Below, one piece after another: positions 8,280 through 18,037 of a stretch of 64,000 bases of DNA. The notes beneath the pieces were generated by a model. That model did not search any database. It saw only the letters and a program-made list of their open reading frames with translations, and was not told the origin of the DNA. Numbering within the stretch: position 1 is the stretch's first letter; each line of letters begins with the position of its first letter. Source of the stretch: Deltaproteobacteria bacterium (GTDB lineage: Bacteria > Myxococcota > Myxococcia > SLRQ01); assembly GCA_029210625.1 (NCBI GenBank), contig JARGFU010000001.1, forward strand, positions 69,806 through 133,805, written 5' to 3'. The translations under genes were made by a program, and so were the position numbers.

Positions 8280-10220
8280 GTGGACGGCGATCGAGCGGCC
8301 ACGCCCACCTTGCGGCCCCGGGGGATCTTCGCCCTCATCGACAGCGCCTTCACGGTGAGCGCGTCCGAGCCGGCCATCGTCTGGATCTCGATCCTGGGCA
8401 TGGCCCCGGTGGCCCTCCTCTCGCTCGTCCTCTGGTACGGAGCCACCGAGGCCGCCTTCGACGAGCGCACCGAGCTGCTGGTGGCGCTGGCCTGCGCCGC
8501 CGCCGCCCTCTGGCGCTACGTCCCGGGCGGCGCGGTCTCCCTCCTCGTGATGGAGCAGGTCAGCGGGCGCCCCCTCGCCGTGCGGGACGCCCTGCGGCAG
8601 GCCCTCGGCCGCGCCCCCTCGCTGATGGCCGCCGGCTCCCTCTCCCTCTGGGTGACCCTCCTCTCCCTGCTGGTGGCGGGCCTGCCGCTGGTGGCCTGGG
8701 CCGGGGTCTACCTGGCGCTGCCCCTGGTGCTGCGCCGCGACTGCCCGCCCTGGGGGGTGGTCGGCGCCGGCCGCAAGCTCCTGCGCGACCGGGTCACCGC
8801 CGCCGCCCTGCTCACCGCGCTCTGGTTCTCCGGGGTCTGCCTGCTGGCGGCGAACCTCTGGCTCGCCGTCTCCCTCGGCCTCTCCCTCGGCGCCTCGCTC
8901 TTCGATCTCGACACCGCGCTGCTCGGCCGCCTCCTCTCGCCGGCGAACCCGATCTTCCTCCCGGCGGTGGGCGCCATCGCCCTGACCCTGCTGGAGGGGC
9001 TGCGCCACACCAGCCTCACCCTCCTCTACCTCGACGCCCGGGTCCGCCGGGATGCCCTCGACCTCGAGGCGCAGGTCAGCGCCCTCGAGGACACGCAGGC
9101 GGGCCGGCGCCCGGGGAGCCGGCCGCGGGCCAGCCGGGTCGCCGGCCTCCTCGCCCTCGTCGGCCTCGGCGCCGCGCTCGCGGGGGGCCCGGCGAGCGCC
9201 CGGGCGCAGGGCGAGCGGAGCGCCTCCTCGGTGGCGGACCGCTTCATCGACGTGGCCAACGAGGCCATCGACCGGGGCGCCGCCGTGGACACCGAGCTGG
9301 CCGAGGAGGTCCTCGGGAGCCTGGACGCCCAGGCCGAGCAGGCCCTCGCTCCCCTGACCGAGCAGCTGCAGCGGGACCTCGACGAGGGCGCCATCGGCCG
9401 GGCCGAGGCGCGGCTGGAGCGGGCCTTCGAGGAGATGGAGTATCTCGCGGACCAGGAGCCGGTGCAGGGCGAGCCCGTCGATCGCCTCCTCACGGAGGTG
9501 CTCGCGCGGCCCGAGTTCCAGCGCGAGACCCGGGCCCGCCTCACCGGCAGGGAGCTCGAGGAGGAGCCGGAGAAGCGCGAGACCTGGCTCTCTCGCCTCC
9601 TCGAGCGCTTCTTCGACTGGCTCGAGGAGCTCTTCGAGCGCGACCCGAAGGAGCGGGACGAGCCCCTCTGGGACGGCCCCCTCCTCCCGGCGAACCTCTC
9701 CTGGCTGCTCTGGGCCGCCCTGCTGACGGTGGCCGGGGTCGGCATCGGGGTGGCCGTGGTGCGCGCCCTGGGGGCCACCGAGGAGGAGCTCGAGGAGGAG
9801 CTGGGCTCGGCCTCCGAGCGCGAGGAGGAGGAGGACGAGGTGCGCGGGCCGCAGTACGACGCCCTCTCCCGGGCCCCCGACGCCTGGCTCGCCGAGGCCG
9901 ACGCCCTGGCCGCCCGCGGCGAGCTGCGCGAGGCCCTCCGGGCCGCCTACCTCGCCCTCCTGGGCATCCTCGATCGCGCCGGCCACATCGCCTACCGCTC
10001 CGAGCAGACCAACTGGGAGCACGTCCGCGGCTTCGACGGACCCGAGGTCGCCCGCAAGCGCTTCCACGAGCTGACCTACAGCTTCGAGCGAAGCTGGTAC
10101 GGCTTCGATCCCGTCGAGCTCCACCACTACCGCACCGTCCGGGAGGGCGCCCTCGATCTCGCCTCGCTCTCCCCCCAGCGCCCGGTGGCCGGCGCGGAGC
10201 CGGTGGGGGGGGAGGCCTAG
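8280..10220 (+). CDS. Polytopic membrane protein with C-terminal DUF4129-like domain
   Basis: Multiple hydrophobic helices in the N-terminal 300 aa, an acidic coiled linker, and a C-terminal region (WLAEADALAARGELREALRAAYLALLGILDRAGHIAYRSEQTNWEH...FERSWYG) resembling DUF4129 proteins found in MoxR/DUF58 operons. Confidence 0.65.
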   Translation: MDGDRAATPTLRPRGIFALIDSAFTVSASEPAIVWISILGMAPVALLSLVLWYGATEAAFDERTELLVALACAAAALWRYVPGGAVSLLVMEQVSGRPLAVRDALRQALGRAPSLMAAGSLSLWVTLLSLLVAGLPLVAWAGVYLALPLVLRRDCPPWGVVGAGRKLLRDRVTAAALLTALWFSGVCLLAANLWLAVSLGLSLGASLFDLDTALLGRLLSPANPIFLPAVGAIALTLLEGLRHTSLTLLYLDARVRRDALDLEAQVSALEDTQAGRRPGSRPRASRVAGLLALVGLGAALAGGPASARAQGERSASSVADRFIDVANEAIDRGAAVDTELAEEVLGSLDAQAEQALAPLTEQLQRDLDEGAIGRAEARLERAFEEMEYLADQEPVQGEPVDRLLTEVLARPEFQRETRARLTGRELEEEPEKRETWLSRLLERFFDWLEELFERDPKERDEPLWDGPLLPANLSWLLWAALLTVAGVGIGVAVVRALGATEEELEEELGSASEREEEEDEVRGPQYDALSRAPDAWLAEADALAARGELREALRAAYLALLGILDRAGHIAYRSEQTNWEHVRGFDGPEVARKRFHELTYSFERSWYGFDPVELHHYRTVREGALDLASLSPQRPVAGAEPVGGEA

Positions 10221-10223
10221 GCC

Positions 10224-11741
10224 ATGGCGCGCTGGCTCACCCCCCTGCTCCTCCTGCTCGGGGTCTTCCTCGGCCTCGCGCTCCTGCTGCAGCAGTCCGC
10301 GAGGAGGGGCAGCTTCGCCGACGCCGGCAGCACCTACCGCGCCGCCGAGGACGGCGCCCGCGCCCTCTACCTCCTCTCCGAGGCCCGGGGCCTCCCGGTG
10401 GAGCGCCGCCACCTCGATCTCGGGCTGATCGAGCACGAGGGCGCGATCGTGCTGGTGGGCGTGAACGCCGGCGAGAGCTGCGAGTCGGAGGAGGAGCGCG
10501 AGGCACGCGACGAGAGCGAGGAGAGCGAGGCGCCGGCCCGGGCCGCCGAGGAGGAGGACGGGGACGAGCGGGCCGGGGAGGACGAGCCCCGGGACGTGGT
10601 GGTGGGGCCCAGCCCCGGGCTGGGGATCTTCGGCCCCCGCCTCTCCTCCGAGGAGTGCGCGGCGCTCCTCGACTGGGTGGCGGAGGGCGGCAACCTGGTG
10701 CACGTCACCCAGGAGCAGGACGCCCTCCTCTCCCGCCTCGAGCTGAGCCTGCGCGACCGCGCCACCCCCGTCGAGCCCGCGCCGGAGCCCGAGGCCGAGC
10801 CCGCCGGCTCCGTCGACGCGCCGGTGGATCAGGGCGAGGGCGAGGAGCGCCCCCCCTGGGAGGAGTGGCTGGAGGAGAGTGACGCGGAGCGCGCCCGGCG
10901 GGAGAAGCGCAAGAAGGAGGAGGAGCAGGCGATCGCCTTCCTCCCCCGCCGCCTCGAGGCCGAGGGTCCGCTCCACCGGCTCGTCCCGGGTCAGCCCTCG
11001 GTCTTCACCCGGGGGATCGAGGGCGTCGAGTCCACCGGCGAGGTGCGGATCCTGACGGATCGGGGGGACGCCGTCTCGGTGCTGGTCGAGGCCGAGGTCC
11101 CGCCGGAGGGACGGGCCCGGCCGGTCGCCGCGGTGGCCGTGCCTCACGGTAGCGGCTGGGTGCTCGCCGTCTCGGTGCCCGAGCTGGCGCTGAACCGCAC
11201 CCTGCCCCGGGCGGGGAACGCCGCCTTCTGGATGACCGCCCTCGCCGAGGTCACGCGCAATGGAAGCCTGGCCTTCGACGAGTACCACCACGGCCACGCC
11301 GCCGGCCGCACCATCCTCGGCTACGCCCTGGAGCACGGCCTGCTACCGGCCCTCCTCCAGCTGATGCTGATGACGGTGGTCGCCGTCCTCGCGGCCCGGC
11401 GCCTCGGCCGCATCGAGCTGCTGCCCGGCGAGACCCTGCGCAGCACCGCCGACCACCTCGCCACCATGGCCAACCTCTACCGCCTCGGCGGCCACCGCCG
11501 GCACGCCGCCCGCACCATCGCCCGGCGCGCCCTCGCGCAGGCCGAGCGCTACCGCAGCCTCCCCGCCGTGGAGGACGCGGCGGGCGCCCTCGAGGCCCAG
11601 CTCTCCCGGATCGAGCTCTCGAAGCCGACCGAGCGCGATCTGAGCGCGGTGGCCGCCGCCGCCGCCGCGCTCTACGAGATCATCAGAAGCAAGCAGCAAG
11701 GGACCGTCCCGCGACGCAAGAGAGGAAAGCATGCAGCCTGA
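10224..11741 (+). CDS. DUF4350-like protein (MoxR operon component)
   Basis: N-terminal signal/TM (LTPLLLLLGVFLGLALLL), acidic low-complexity insert, then a conserved C-terminal half (AFDEYHHG...). Its position between DUF4129 and MoxR is typical. The 3' end overlaps the MoxR start by 11 nt. Confidence 0.6.
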   Translation: MARWLTPLLLLLGVFLGLALLLQQSARRGSFADAGSTYRAAEDGARALYLLSEARGLPVERRHLDLGLIEHEGAIVLVGVNAGESCESEEEREARDESEESEAPARAAEEEDGDERAGEDEPRDVVVGPSPGLGIFGPRLSSEECAALLDWVAEGGNLVHVTQEQDALLSRLELSLRDRATPVEPAPEPEAEPAGSVDAPVDQGEGEERPPWEEWLEESDAERARREKRKKEEEQAIAFLPRRLEAEGPLHRLVPGQPSVFTRGIEGVESTGEVRILTDRGDAVSVLVEAEVPPEGRARPVAAVAVPHGSGWVLAVSVPELALNRTLPRAGNAAFWMTALAEVTRNGSLAFDEYHHGHAAGRTILGYALEHGLLPALLQLMLMTVVAVLAARRLGRIELLPGETLRSTADHLATMANLYRLGGHRRHAARTIARRALAQAERYRSLPAVEDAAGALEAQLSRIELSKPTERDLSAVAAAAAALYEIIRSKQQGTVPRRKRGKHAA

Positions 11742-12711
11742 AAGCCGAGCCCCCGCCGACGTGGAGGCCACCGCCCGGATCTTCGAGAAGGTGCGCACCG
11801 AGGTGCACAAGGCCGTGGTGGGGCAGGACGAGGTCCTCGAGCTCCTCCTCGTCGGCCTCATCGCCGGGGGGCACGTGCTCCTCGAGGGCGTGCCGGGGGT
11901 CGCCAAGACCCTGATGGTGCGAGCGATGGCCCGCTCCCTCTCGGCGACCTTCCGCCGGATCCAGTTCACCCCGGACCTGATGCCCTCGGACGTGCTGGGC
12001 ACCCGGGTCTTCGACCTGGAGACCCGCACCTTCGCCCTGACCCGCGGGCCGGTCTTCACCGACATCCTCCTGGCCGACGAGGTGAACCGCGCGCCGCCCA
12101 AGACCCAGTCGGCGCTCCTCGAGGCGATGCAGGAGCGCAGCGTCACCCTCGACGGCGAGCACCACGACCTGCCGCCGATCTTCACGGTCTTCGCCACCCA
12201 GAACCCCATCGAGTCCGAGGGCACCTATCCCCTGCCCGAGGCCCAGCTCGACCGCTTCCTCTTCAAGGTGCAGGTGGGCTACCCCACCGACGCCGAGGAG
12301 GATCGCATCCTCGAGCTGGCCCACCACGGGATGGCGCTGGGGGATCTCGACCGGGTGAAGATCGACTCGACGGTGACCGTCGAGGAGGTCCTCGCCGCCC
12401 GGGAGGCCCTCCACGCGGTGGAGGTCCGCGACGTGGTGCGCGACTACCTGCGGCAGCTGGTCGCCGCCACCCGCAAGGCCCCCGAGGTGCGGCTGGGCGC
12501 CGGCCCCCGGGCCGCGGTGCACCTGCTGCTCTGCACCAAGGCGGTCGCCGCCCTCGCCGGCCGCGACTTCGTCACCCCCGACGACGTGCGCCGGCTGGTG
12601 CCCCCCACCCTGGCCCACCGCCTGCTGCTCACCGCCGACGCGGAGGTCGACGGCATCCAGCCCGAGGAGGTCCTCGCCCGGATCCTCGACGAGATCGAGG
12701 TGCCGCGCTGA
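11731..12711 (+). CDS. MoxR-family AAA+ ATPase
   Basis: Walker A GVPGVAKT, Walker [11 protein letters not shown], sensor/arginine region [23 protein letters not shown]. Length of 326 aa is typical of MoxR. Confidence 0.9.
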   Translation: MQPESRAPADVEATARIFEKVRTEVHKAVVGQDEVLELLLVGLIAGGHVLLEGVPGVAKTLMVRAMARSLSATFRRIQFTPDLMPSDVLGTRVFDLETRTFALTRGPVFTDILLADEVNRAPPKTQSALLEAMQERSVTLDGEHHDLPPIFTVFATQNPIESEGTYPLPEAQLDRFLFKVQVGYPTDAEEDRILELAHHGMALGDLDRVKIDSTVTVEEVLAAREALHAVEVRDVVRDYLRQLVAATRKAPEVRLGAGPRAAVHLLLCTKAVAALAGRDFVTPDDVRRLVPPTLAHRLLLTADAEVDGIQPEEVLARILDEIEVPR

Positions 12712-12824
12712 AGTCCGGGGCCCAGACCCTCCCGGCGCCCGCGGCGCCGGCGGGGGAGGAGGGCGCGGCCGGGAAGGCCGTCGCTCCTCACCGCAAGACC
12801 CGGCAGCTGGTCCCCGGCCGCCGG

Positions 12825-14150
12825 GTGGTGGTGCTCCTCCTCTTGCCCCTCCTGCTGCTGCTCTTCGCGCCGGCCGAGCCGAGGGTGCTCTGGGCGGCGG
12901 GCCTCCTCGATCTGCTGATCCTGGGGCTGGCCTTCCTCGACGCCGAGCTGGCCAGCCTGACCCGGCTGGAGGTGGTGCGCGAGCTCCCGCCCCGCCTCTC
13001 GGTGGGCGTCGCCAGCGACGTCACCCTTCGCCTGAAGAACCACGGCACCCGCAGCGCCACCGTCGAGCTGCACGACCAGGCCCCGGCCGCCTTCGATCCG
13101 AGGCCCGAGCGCATCCCCCTGGTGGTGCCGCCCGCGACCCGGGTGCAGCGGGGAGAGAAGCAGGAGGAGCAGCCCGGCGAGGCGGCGGCTCTCCTGCGGG
13201 TGCAGCCCCCGGCCCGGGGCCGCTATGCCTGGGGGGCGGTCTACCTGCGGGTGCGCGGCCCCTTCGGCCTCGCCTGGGCCGAGCGGATCGAGCCCCTGGC
13301 CCGGCCGGTGAAGGTCTACCCCGACGTGCGCGCCGGCCGCCTGCTCCTGGCCGGCGGGGTGCGGGACCTGGAGCGGGTCGGCGCCCACCAGCTGCGCCGG
13401 GAGGGCGAGGGCTCCGAGCTCGAGACCCTGCGCGACTACGTCTACGGCGACCCCTTCCGGGACATCGACTGGAAGGCCACCGCCCGGCGCGAGAAGCCCG
13501 TGGTGCGGGTGCGCCAGCCCGAGCGCTCCCAGACCGTGCTCATCTGCGTCGACGCGAGCCGCCTGATGGCGGTGAAGAGCGGCAACCTCACCAAGCTCGA
13601 CTACGCGGTGAACGCCGCCCTCCTCACCGCCTTCGTCGCCCTGCGCAACGACGACCGGGTGGGGCTGATGCTCTTCGCCGACGACGTCCACACCTTCGTG
13701 CCCCCGGGGAAGGGGAAGGGGCAGTACCACCAGATCCTCGAGCGCCTCTACGCCGCCACCCCCACCCGCACCTACGTCGACTACCGCGCCTTCGCCCGCA
13801 CCCTCCTCGCCCGCCAGCCCCGCCGGGCCCTCGTGCTCACCCTCACCGAGCTCCACGACGAGGCCACCACCCGACCGCTGATGGATCAGGTGCGCCGCCT
13901 CTCGACCCGCCACCTGCCGGTGGTGGTCTCCCTGCGCGACCCCGGCCTGGAGGCCGCCGCCCGGCAGCGCCCCACCACCCCGGAGGATCGCTACCGGATG
14001 GCGGCCGCCGCCGAGCTGCTGACCGAGCGCGCCGCCCTGCAGCGGGGCCTCTCGGCGGCGGGGGCGCGGATCATCGACCGCCCCCCCGAGGACGCCGTCC
14101 TGGCCGCGGTGAACGCCTACGTCGAGGTCAAGCAGCGCCACCTCCTCTGA
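12825..14150 (+). CDS. DUF58 (vWA-like) domain protein
   Basis: Hallmark DUF58 motif [46 protein letters not shown]-terminal TM helices. Sits directly downstream of MoxR. Confidence 0.85.
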   Translation: MVVLLLLPLLLLLFAPAEPRVLWAAGLLDLLILGLAFLDAELASLTRLEVVRELPPRLSVGVASDVTLRLKNHGTRSATVELHDQAPAAFDPRPERIPLVVPPATRVQRGEKQEEQPGEAAALLRVQPPARGRYAWGAVYLRVRGPFGLAWAERIEPLARPVKVYPDVRAGRLLLAGGVRDLERVGAHQLRREGEGSELETLRDYVYGDPFRDIDWKATARREKPVVRVRQPERSQTVLICVDASRLMAVKSGNLTKLDYAVNAALLTAFVALRNDDRVGLMLFADDVHTFVPPGKGKGQYHQILERLYAATPTRTYVDYRAFARTLLARQPRRALVLTLTELHDEATTRPLMDQVRRLSTRHLPVVVSLRDPGLEAAARQRPTTPEDRYRMAAAAELLTERAALQRGLSAAGARIIDRPPEDAVLAAVNAYVEVKQRHLL

Positions 14151-14151
14151 T

Positions 14152-14210
14152 GGGGTCAGACCCCGACAATTGACATAAGGGGCAAGTGTCAATTGTCAGG
14201 GTCTGACCCC
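14152..14210. terminator. Long AT-rich inverted repeat (24-nt arms, 11-nt loop); terminator and/or operator
   Basis: GGGGTCAGACCCCGACAATTGACA taaggggcaag TGTCAATTGTCAGGGTCTGACCCC. Arms are complementary except for one mismatch. It sits immediately after the DUF58 stop (14148-14150) and 40 nt before the rhodanese ATG. Confidence 0.5.
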
Positions 14211-14249
14211 ATCTGAATCCTTTCGTTTCAGGGGGGCTCCTAGGGATCG

Positions 14250-14606
14250 ATGAGACAGCACACGACCCTCCTGCTCGCCCTCGCGATCACCTCCCTCGCC
14301 CTGGCCTCGACCGGCTGTGACAACAAGGCCAAGAAGAGCCGGGGCGCGACCGCCAAGGAGCTGGTCGCCGCCGGCGCCGTCCTCCTCGACGTCCGCTCGC
14401 CCGGTGAGTACCAGCGAGGCCACCTGCCCAACGCGGTGAACATCCCGATCACCGAGCTCTCCCGCCGCCAGGGCGAGGTCGCCGACGGCGCCAAGGTCGT
14501 CGTCTACTGCGAGTCCGGCGTGCGCAGCCGCCAGGCCGTGAGCCTGCTGAAGAAGAAGGGCCACGAGGTCTTCGACCTTGGCTCCTGGCGAGACTGGGGG
14601 CCGTGA
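14250..14606 (+). CDS. Rhodanese-domain lipoprotein (sulfurtransferase-like)
   Basis: Lipoprotein signal LALASTGC. Rhodanese fold with active-site Cys loop VVVYCESGVRS and LLDVRSPGEYQRGHLPNAVNIP. Confidence 0.8.
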   Translation: MRQHTTLLLALAITSLALASTGCDNKAKKSRGATAKELVAAGAVLLDVRSPGEYQRGHLPNAVNIPITELSRRQGEVADGAKVVVYCESGVRSRQAVSLLKKKGHEVFDLGSWRDWGP

Positions 14607-14620
14607 TAGCTTCCCGGTGA

Positions 14621-15895
14621 ATGACCGGGGAATGGCCGATCCAGAGAGCACACCCTCGCTTCGGGGTGCGGATCCCCGTCTGGGTCTGGCGCCCCGACGA
14701 GGACCTGCCCGAGGAGGCGGAGGCGATCAACGTCAGCGCCGGCGGGATGCTCCTCGATCTGCCCCACCCCCCGCCCGCCGGGGCGAGGGTCCGGATCGGT
14801 CTCCACCTCGGGAAGCACGCCGAGGTGATCACCGCCGAGGCCGAGGTGCTGCGCCACCAGGAGCGGGACGGTGAGCTCCTGGCCGGCGTCCGCTTCGTCG
14901 AGGTGAGCGAGGAGCTGGCCGCCCTCATCGACCGGCTGGCCAGCGACGTCCACACCTTCGGCGACCTGCAGATCGAGGCCCTGGTGGGCAAGGGCGGGAT
15001 GGCCGAGGTCTACCGGGCCTCCAAGCGCAGCGGCGAGCGGATGTGGGAGAAGGTCGCCTTCAAGCGCATCCGGCCCGAGCTGCTGACCTCCGCGACGGCG
15101 GTCCGCCTCTTCCACGCCGAGGGCCTGCTCGCCAGCAAGCTGAAGCACCCGAACATCGTCGAGGTCTACGAGGTCGGGGAGCGGATGGGCCTGGCCTACA
15201 TCGTGATGGAGCTGGTCGAGGGCTGCGACCTCGAGCGCCTCCTCTTCGGCTGCCGCCTCCGGAAGATCCAGCTGCCGGTGGACCTCGCCGTCTACGTCGC
15301 TCACACGGTGGCGGTGGCCCTGCACCACGCCCACACCACCACCGATCCCGAGACGGGCCGCCCCCTGGGCATCGTCCACCGCGACGTCGGCCCCTCGAAC
15401 GTCTTCATCTCCGAGCTCGGCGAGATCAAGGTGGGCGACTTCGGGGTCGCCCACTTCGGCGACCTCGCCACCGAGATCACCGGCCCGGTGGGCAAGCCCT
15501 CCTACCAGGCCCCGGAGCAGATCGAGGGCGCCCGGCCCCACCCGGCCATGGACGTCTTCGCCACCGGCTGCGTCCTCTTCGAGCTGCTCACCGGCGAGCG
15601 GGCCTTCCCCCTCTCCGCGGACCAGGACGGGAGGCCGGCCCAGCTGGGCCCCCCCCCCTCGGCGAGGGCGCTGCGCGCCGAGGTGCCCGAGGCCCTCGAG
15701 GCGGTCCTCGTCCGGGCGCTGGCCCATGACGTGGACGGGCAGCAGGGCCTCCTCGCCCGCTTGAGCGGGCGGCCCACCCGCCACGCCAGCTGCGGCGAGC
15801 TCGCCGCCGCCCTGGAGGCCTGCTTCGATCCCGCCATCGGCAACCAGCTCGCCATCGCCGCCGTCGTCCGCGGCGTGCTCGCCAGCGCGGGCTAG
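14621..15895 (+). CDS. PilZ domain fused to Ser/Thr protein kinase
   Basis: N-terminal PilZ c-di-GMP motifs RAHPR (RxxxR) and NVSAGG (D/NxSxGG). Then kinase motifs LVGKGGMAEVYRA, VAFKRI, HRDVGPSNVFIS, DFGVAHF, APEQ. Confidence 0.8.
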   Translation: MTGEWPIQRAHPRFGVRIPVWVWRPDEDLPEEAEAINVSAGGMLLDLPHPPPAGARVRIGLHLGKHAEVITAEAEVLRHQERDGELLAGVRFVEVSEELAALIDRLASDVHTFGDLQIEALVGKGGMAEVYRASKRSGERMWEKVAFKRIRPELLTSATAVRLFHAEGLLASKLKHPNIVEVYEVGERMGLAYIVMELVEGCDLERLLFGCRLRKIQLPVDLAVYVAHTVAVALHHAHTTTDPETGRPLGIVHRDVGPSNVFISELGEIKVGDFGVAHFGDLATEITGPVGKPSYQAPEQIEGARPHPAMDVFATGCVLFELLTGERAFPLSADQDGRPAQLGPPPSARALRAEVPEALEAVLVRALAHDVDGQQGLLARLSGRPTRHASCGELAAALEACFDPAIGNQLAIAAVVRGVLASAG

Positions 15896-16047
15896 GGGCG
15901 TCGGCGCCGGGAGTTCACCTGTAATAGTTCAGGGAACGCAGCCGCCCGGCCTGACGCCAAAGCAGGTGCCGAAGCCCCCTCCCGGTGCTATTGTTTTGCC
16001 TCCGATTGATGGGGGCATCGGTTCGCTGCCCCGGATTCGAGGGGAGC

Positions 16048-16593
16048 ATGAACCAGCCGATGGCGGACACCTATCAGCAGCTCTTCCTGTCCTCCTACCG
16101 GAAGCCCGCGGGGGCGCTCTCGCTGGAGCGCTTCTCCGCCGAGCACGGCGAGGCCTTCCTGGTCTATTTCGGCGCCAGCTCCGAGCTCCGGGCACCGGCC
16201 CGGTCCTGGCAGGCGACGCGCTTCGACGACGGCCGGAAGGCCGGCGCCGAGAAGCAGAACCGCAGCGCCTCGGTGCAGATCTTCCCGGTGAGGTACACGG
16301 GCCGCAGCATCTCCGACCGCTGGGTGACCGTCGGCCGCGCCGCGCGCACCAACGACATCCCCATCGTCGACGAGTCCGTCTCGGCCAGCCACGCGGTCTT
16401 CGAGCGAGGCCGCGGGGGTGAGTTCCTCCTGCGGGACGCCAACTCCCGCACCGGCACCTTCGTGAACGACGAGCAGGTCGGCCCCGACGATCCGATGACC
16501 CTGAAGTCCGGGGACTCGATCCGCTTCGGAGCCGTGACGGTCGTCTTCCTCCAGGCCCCGGAGTTCGTCCAGCTGGTCCTGCAGCTGAGCTGA
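16048..16593 (+). CDS. FHA-domain protein
   Basis: C-terminal FHA signature WVTVGRAARTNDIPIVDESVSASHAVFER...FLLRDANSRTGTFVNDEQV. ATG at 16048 is preferred over the track GTG at 15985 (MNQPM...). Confidence 0.65.
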   Translation: MNQPMADTYQQLFLSSYRKPAGALSLERFSAEHGEAFLVYFGASSELRAPARSWQATRFDDGRKAGAEKQNRSASVQIFPVRYTGRSISDRWVTVGRAARTNDIPIVDESVSASHAVFERGRGGEFLLRDANSRTGTFVNDEQVGPDDPMTLKSGDSIRFGAVTVVFLQAPEFVQLVLQLS

Positions 16594-16618
16594 CGGCCGC
16601 CCCGACTCCCGGGGCGAC

Positions 16619-18037
16619 TCACCCCGGCAGCCGGAAGGTGAACTCCTTGTGGGCGATGGCGAGGGTGTCCCCGGATCGGAGGACGTGCCGCTTCACCTTC
16701 TCGCCGTTCACCCTGAGGCTACGCCGGCCGGCGAGGTGCTCTGCCAGAAAGCTGCCGTCGGCCTGCTTCTCGATCCGGACGTGGACCGGGGCGACGAAGA
16801 GGCCGCGGATCGGGATGTGAGTGTTGGGGCTCTTTCCGATGAGGAAGACGCTCCCCCACATCTCGTGCATCTTCCCGTCGTGGGCGACGCGCGCGATCGG
16901 CCCCCCGGAGGTCACGGCGACCGTCCGGTCGAAGCTCGCGACGGCCGCGGCGACCGGATCGGGCGGCGGTGGCGCCTCGACGGCCTCGGCCGCCCGGTCG
17001 TCCTCCACCGAGAGGGTGTACTTGCCGATCCCGATCTCCGCCCCGACCTCGAGGACGGCGCTCCTCACGAGGCGGCCGCGCAGCTTGAGGCCGTTCTCGC
17101 TGTCCTGGTCGACGATCTCCAGAGAGCCGCTCGGGCGACAGGTGATGACGGCGTGGTGGCGGGACACCGAGAGGTTGTCGAGGATCAGCTCGTTCTCCCC
17201 GCTGCGCCCCACGTGGATCTCGTCCCGGTCGACCGGGAAGCGAAAGACCACCCGGGAGCCGAGCTTCACGAGGAGGGAGAGGTTCCACTCGAGGGCGTTC
17301 GCCTCGGGTGCGATCGTGTAGGCGGTGATCGGCTTGCCGCCCTCCCGGTCCGGCGGCAGCTTGATCTCGTCGTAGAGATCGACGCTCACCGGCTCGGTGC
17401 GCCAGGGATCGTTGTAGATGTAGGCCAGGATGCTCTCGGTCACGCCACCAGCGGAGGGGAAGACCTCTCCCGGAGCGGCGTAGACCTTGGTGGGCACGCC
17501 CTGCCGGCAGAAGACCAGGCTGCGCGCGCGGCCGTGGCGGATCACCAGCACCGAGTCCTTCTTCTTCTCGAGCAGCATGGCGAGGAGCGCCTCGCCGTCC
17601 ATCATGCTCACCGGCACGATCGCCGAGGGGGCCTTCCGGAAGAGCACCGCCGAGCAGAGGAAGAGGGGGAGGTCGGTCTTGTAGAAGCTGACCTTCTGGG
17701 CCCGGGGCGCGGTGGCGAAGAACCAGCCGAGGGAGCGGGCGACGAAGCGCCCGTCCTCCTCGGCGCCAGCGCAGTAGGTCTTGCCCTGATGGAGGAAGAG
17801 GAAGGCCTGCTCGGTGCCGGTCTCGATCTCGAGGTAGCCGTCGGTGGCGATCCCCGCCTCGACCAGCTCCTGGATCCGGGACACCAGATCAGTGACCGGC
17901 TGGCACGGAATCGGTGTGGCCAGCAGGTGAGGCAGCTTCCCCCGCATGAAGTGGAATCTGGGCGTCGTCGGAGCTGCCGTCAATGGCGCGGTTTGATTGC
18001 CTGGCCTCTCCGGGGGTGCTACCGATCTGGGAGTCAT
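16619..18037 (-). CDS. Protein with two C-terminal FHA domains
   Basis: FHA 1: VHVGRSGENELILDNLSVSRHHAVITCRPSGSLEIVDQDSENGLKLRGRLV. FHA 2: VFLIGKSPNTHIPIRGLFVAPVHVRIEKQADGSFLAEHLAGRRSLRVNGEKV. N-terminal ~250 aa has unknown function. An alternative start at 17947 (MRGKLPHLL) would remove the overlap with the divergent gene at 18036. Confidence 0.7.
   Translation of the reverse strand: MTPRSVAPPERPGNQTAPLTAAPTTPRFHFMRGKLPHLLATPIPCQPVTDLVSRIQELVEAGIATDGYLEIETGTEQAFLFLHQGKTYCAGAEEDGRFVARSLGWFFATAPRAQKVSFYKTDLPLFLCSAVLFRKAPSAIVPVSMMDGEALLAMLLEKKKDSVLVIRHGRARSLVFCRQGVPTKVYAAPGEVFPSAGGVTESILAYIYNDPWRTEPVSVDLYDEIKLPPDREGGKPITAYTIAPEANALEWNLSLLVKLGSRVVFRFPVDRDEIHVGRSGENELILDNLSVSRHHAVITCRPSGSLEIVDQDSENGLKLRGRLVRSAVLEVGAEIGIGKYTLSVEDDRAAEAVEAPPPPDPVAAAVASFDRTVAVTSGGPIARVAHDGKMHEMWGSVFLIGKSPNTHIPIRGLFVAPVHVRIEKQADGSFLAEHLAGRRSLRVNGEKVKRHVLRSGDTLAIAHKEFTFRLPG

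Noticed and set aside
15896-16047. Sigma-54 (-24/-12) promoter upstream of the FHA gene (ggtgctattgttttgc)
   Set aside because: Only a loose resemblance to TGGCAC-N5-TTGC; the GG/GC dinucleotide spacing does not fit. No enhancer-binding protein gene nearby.
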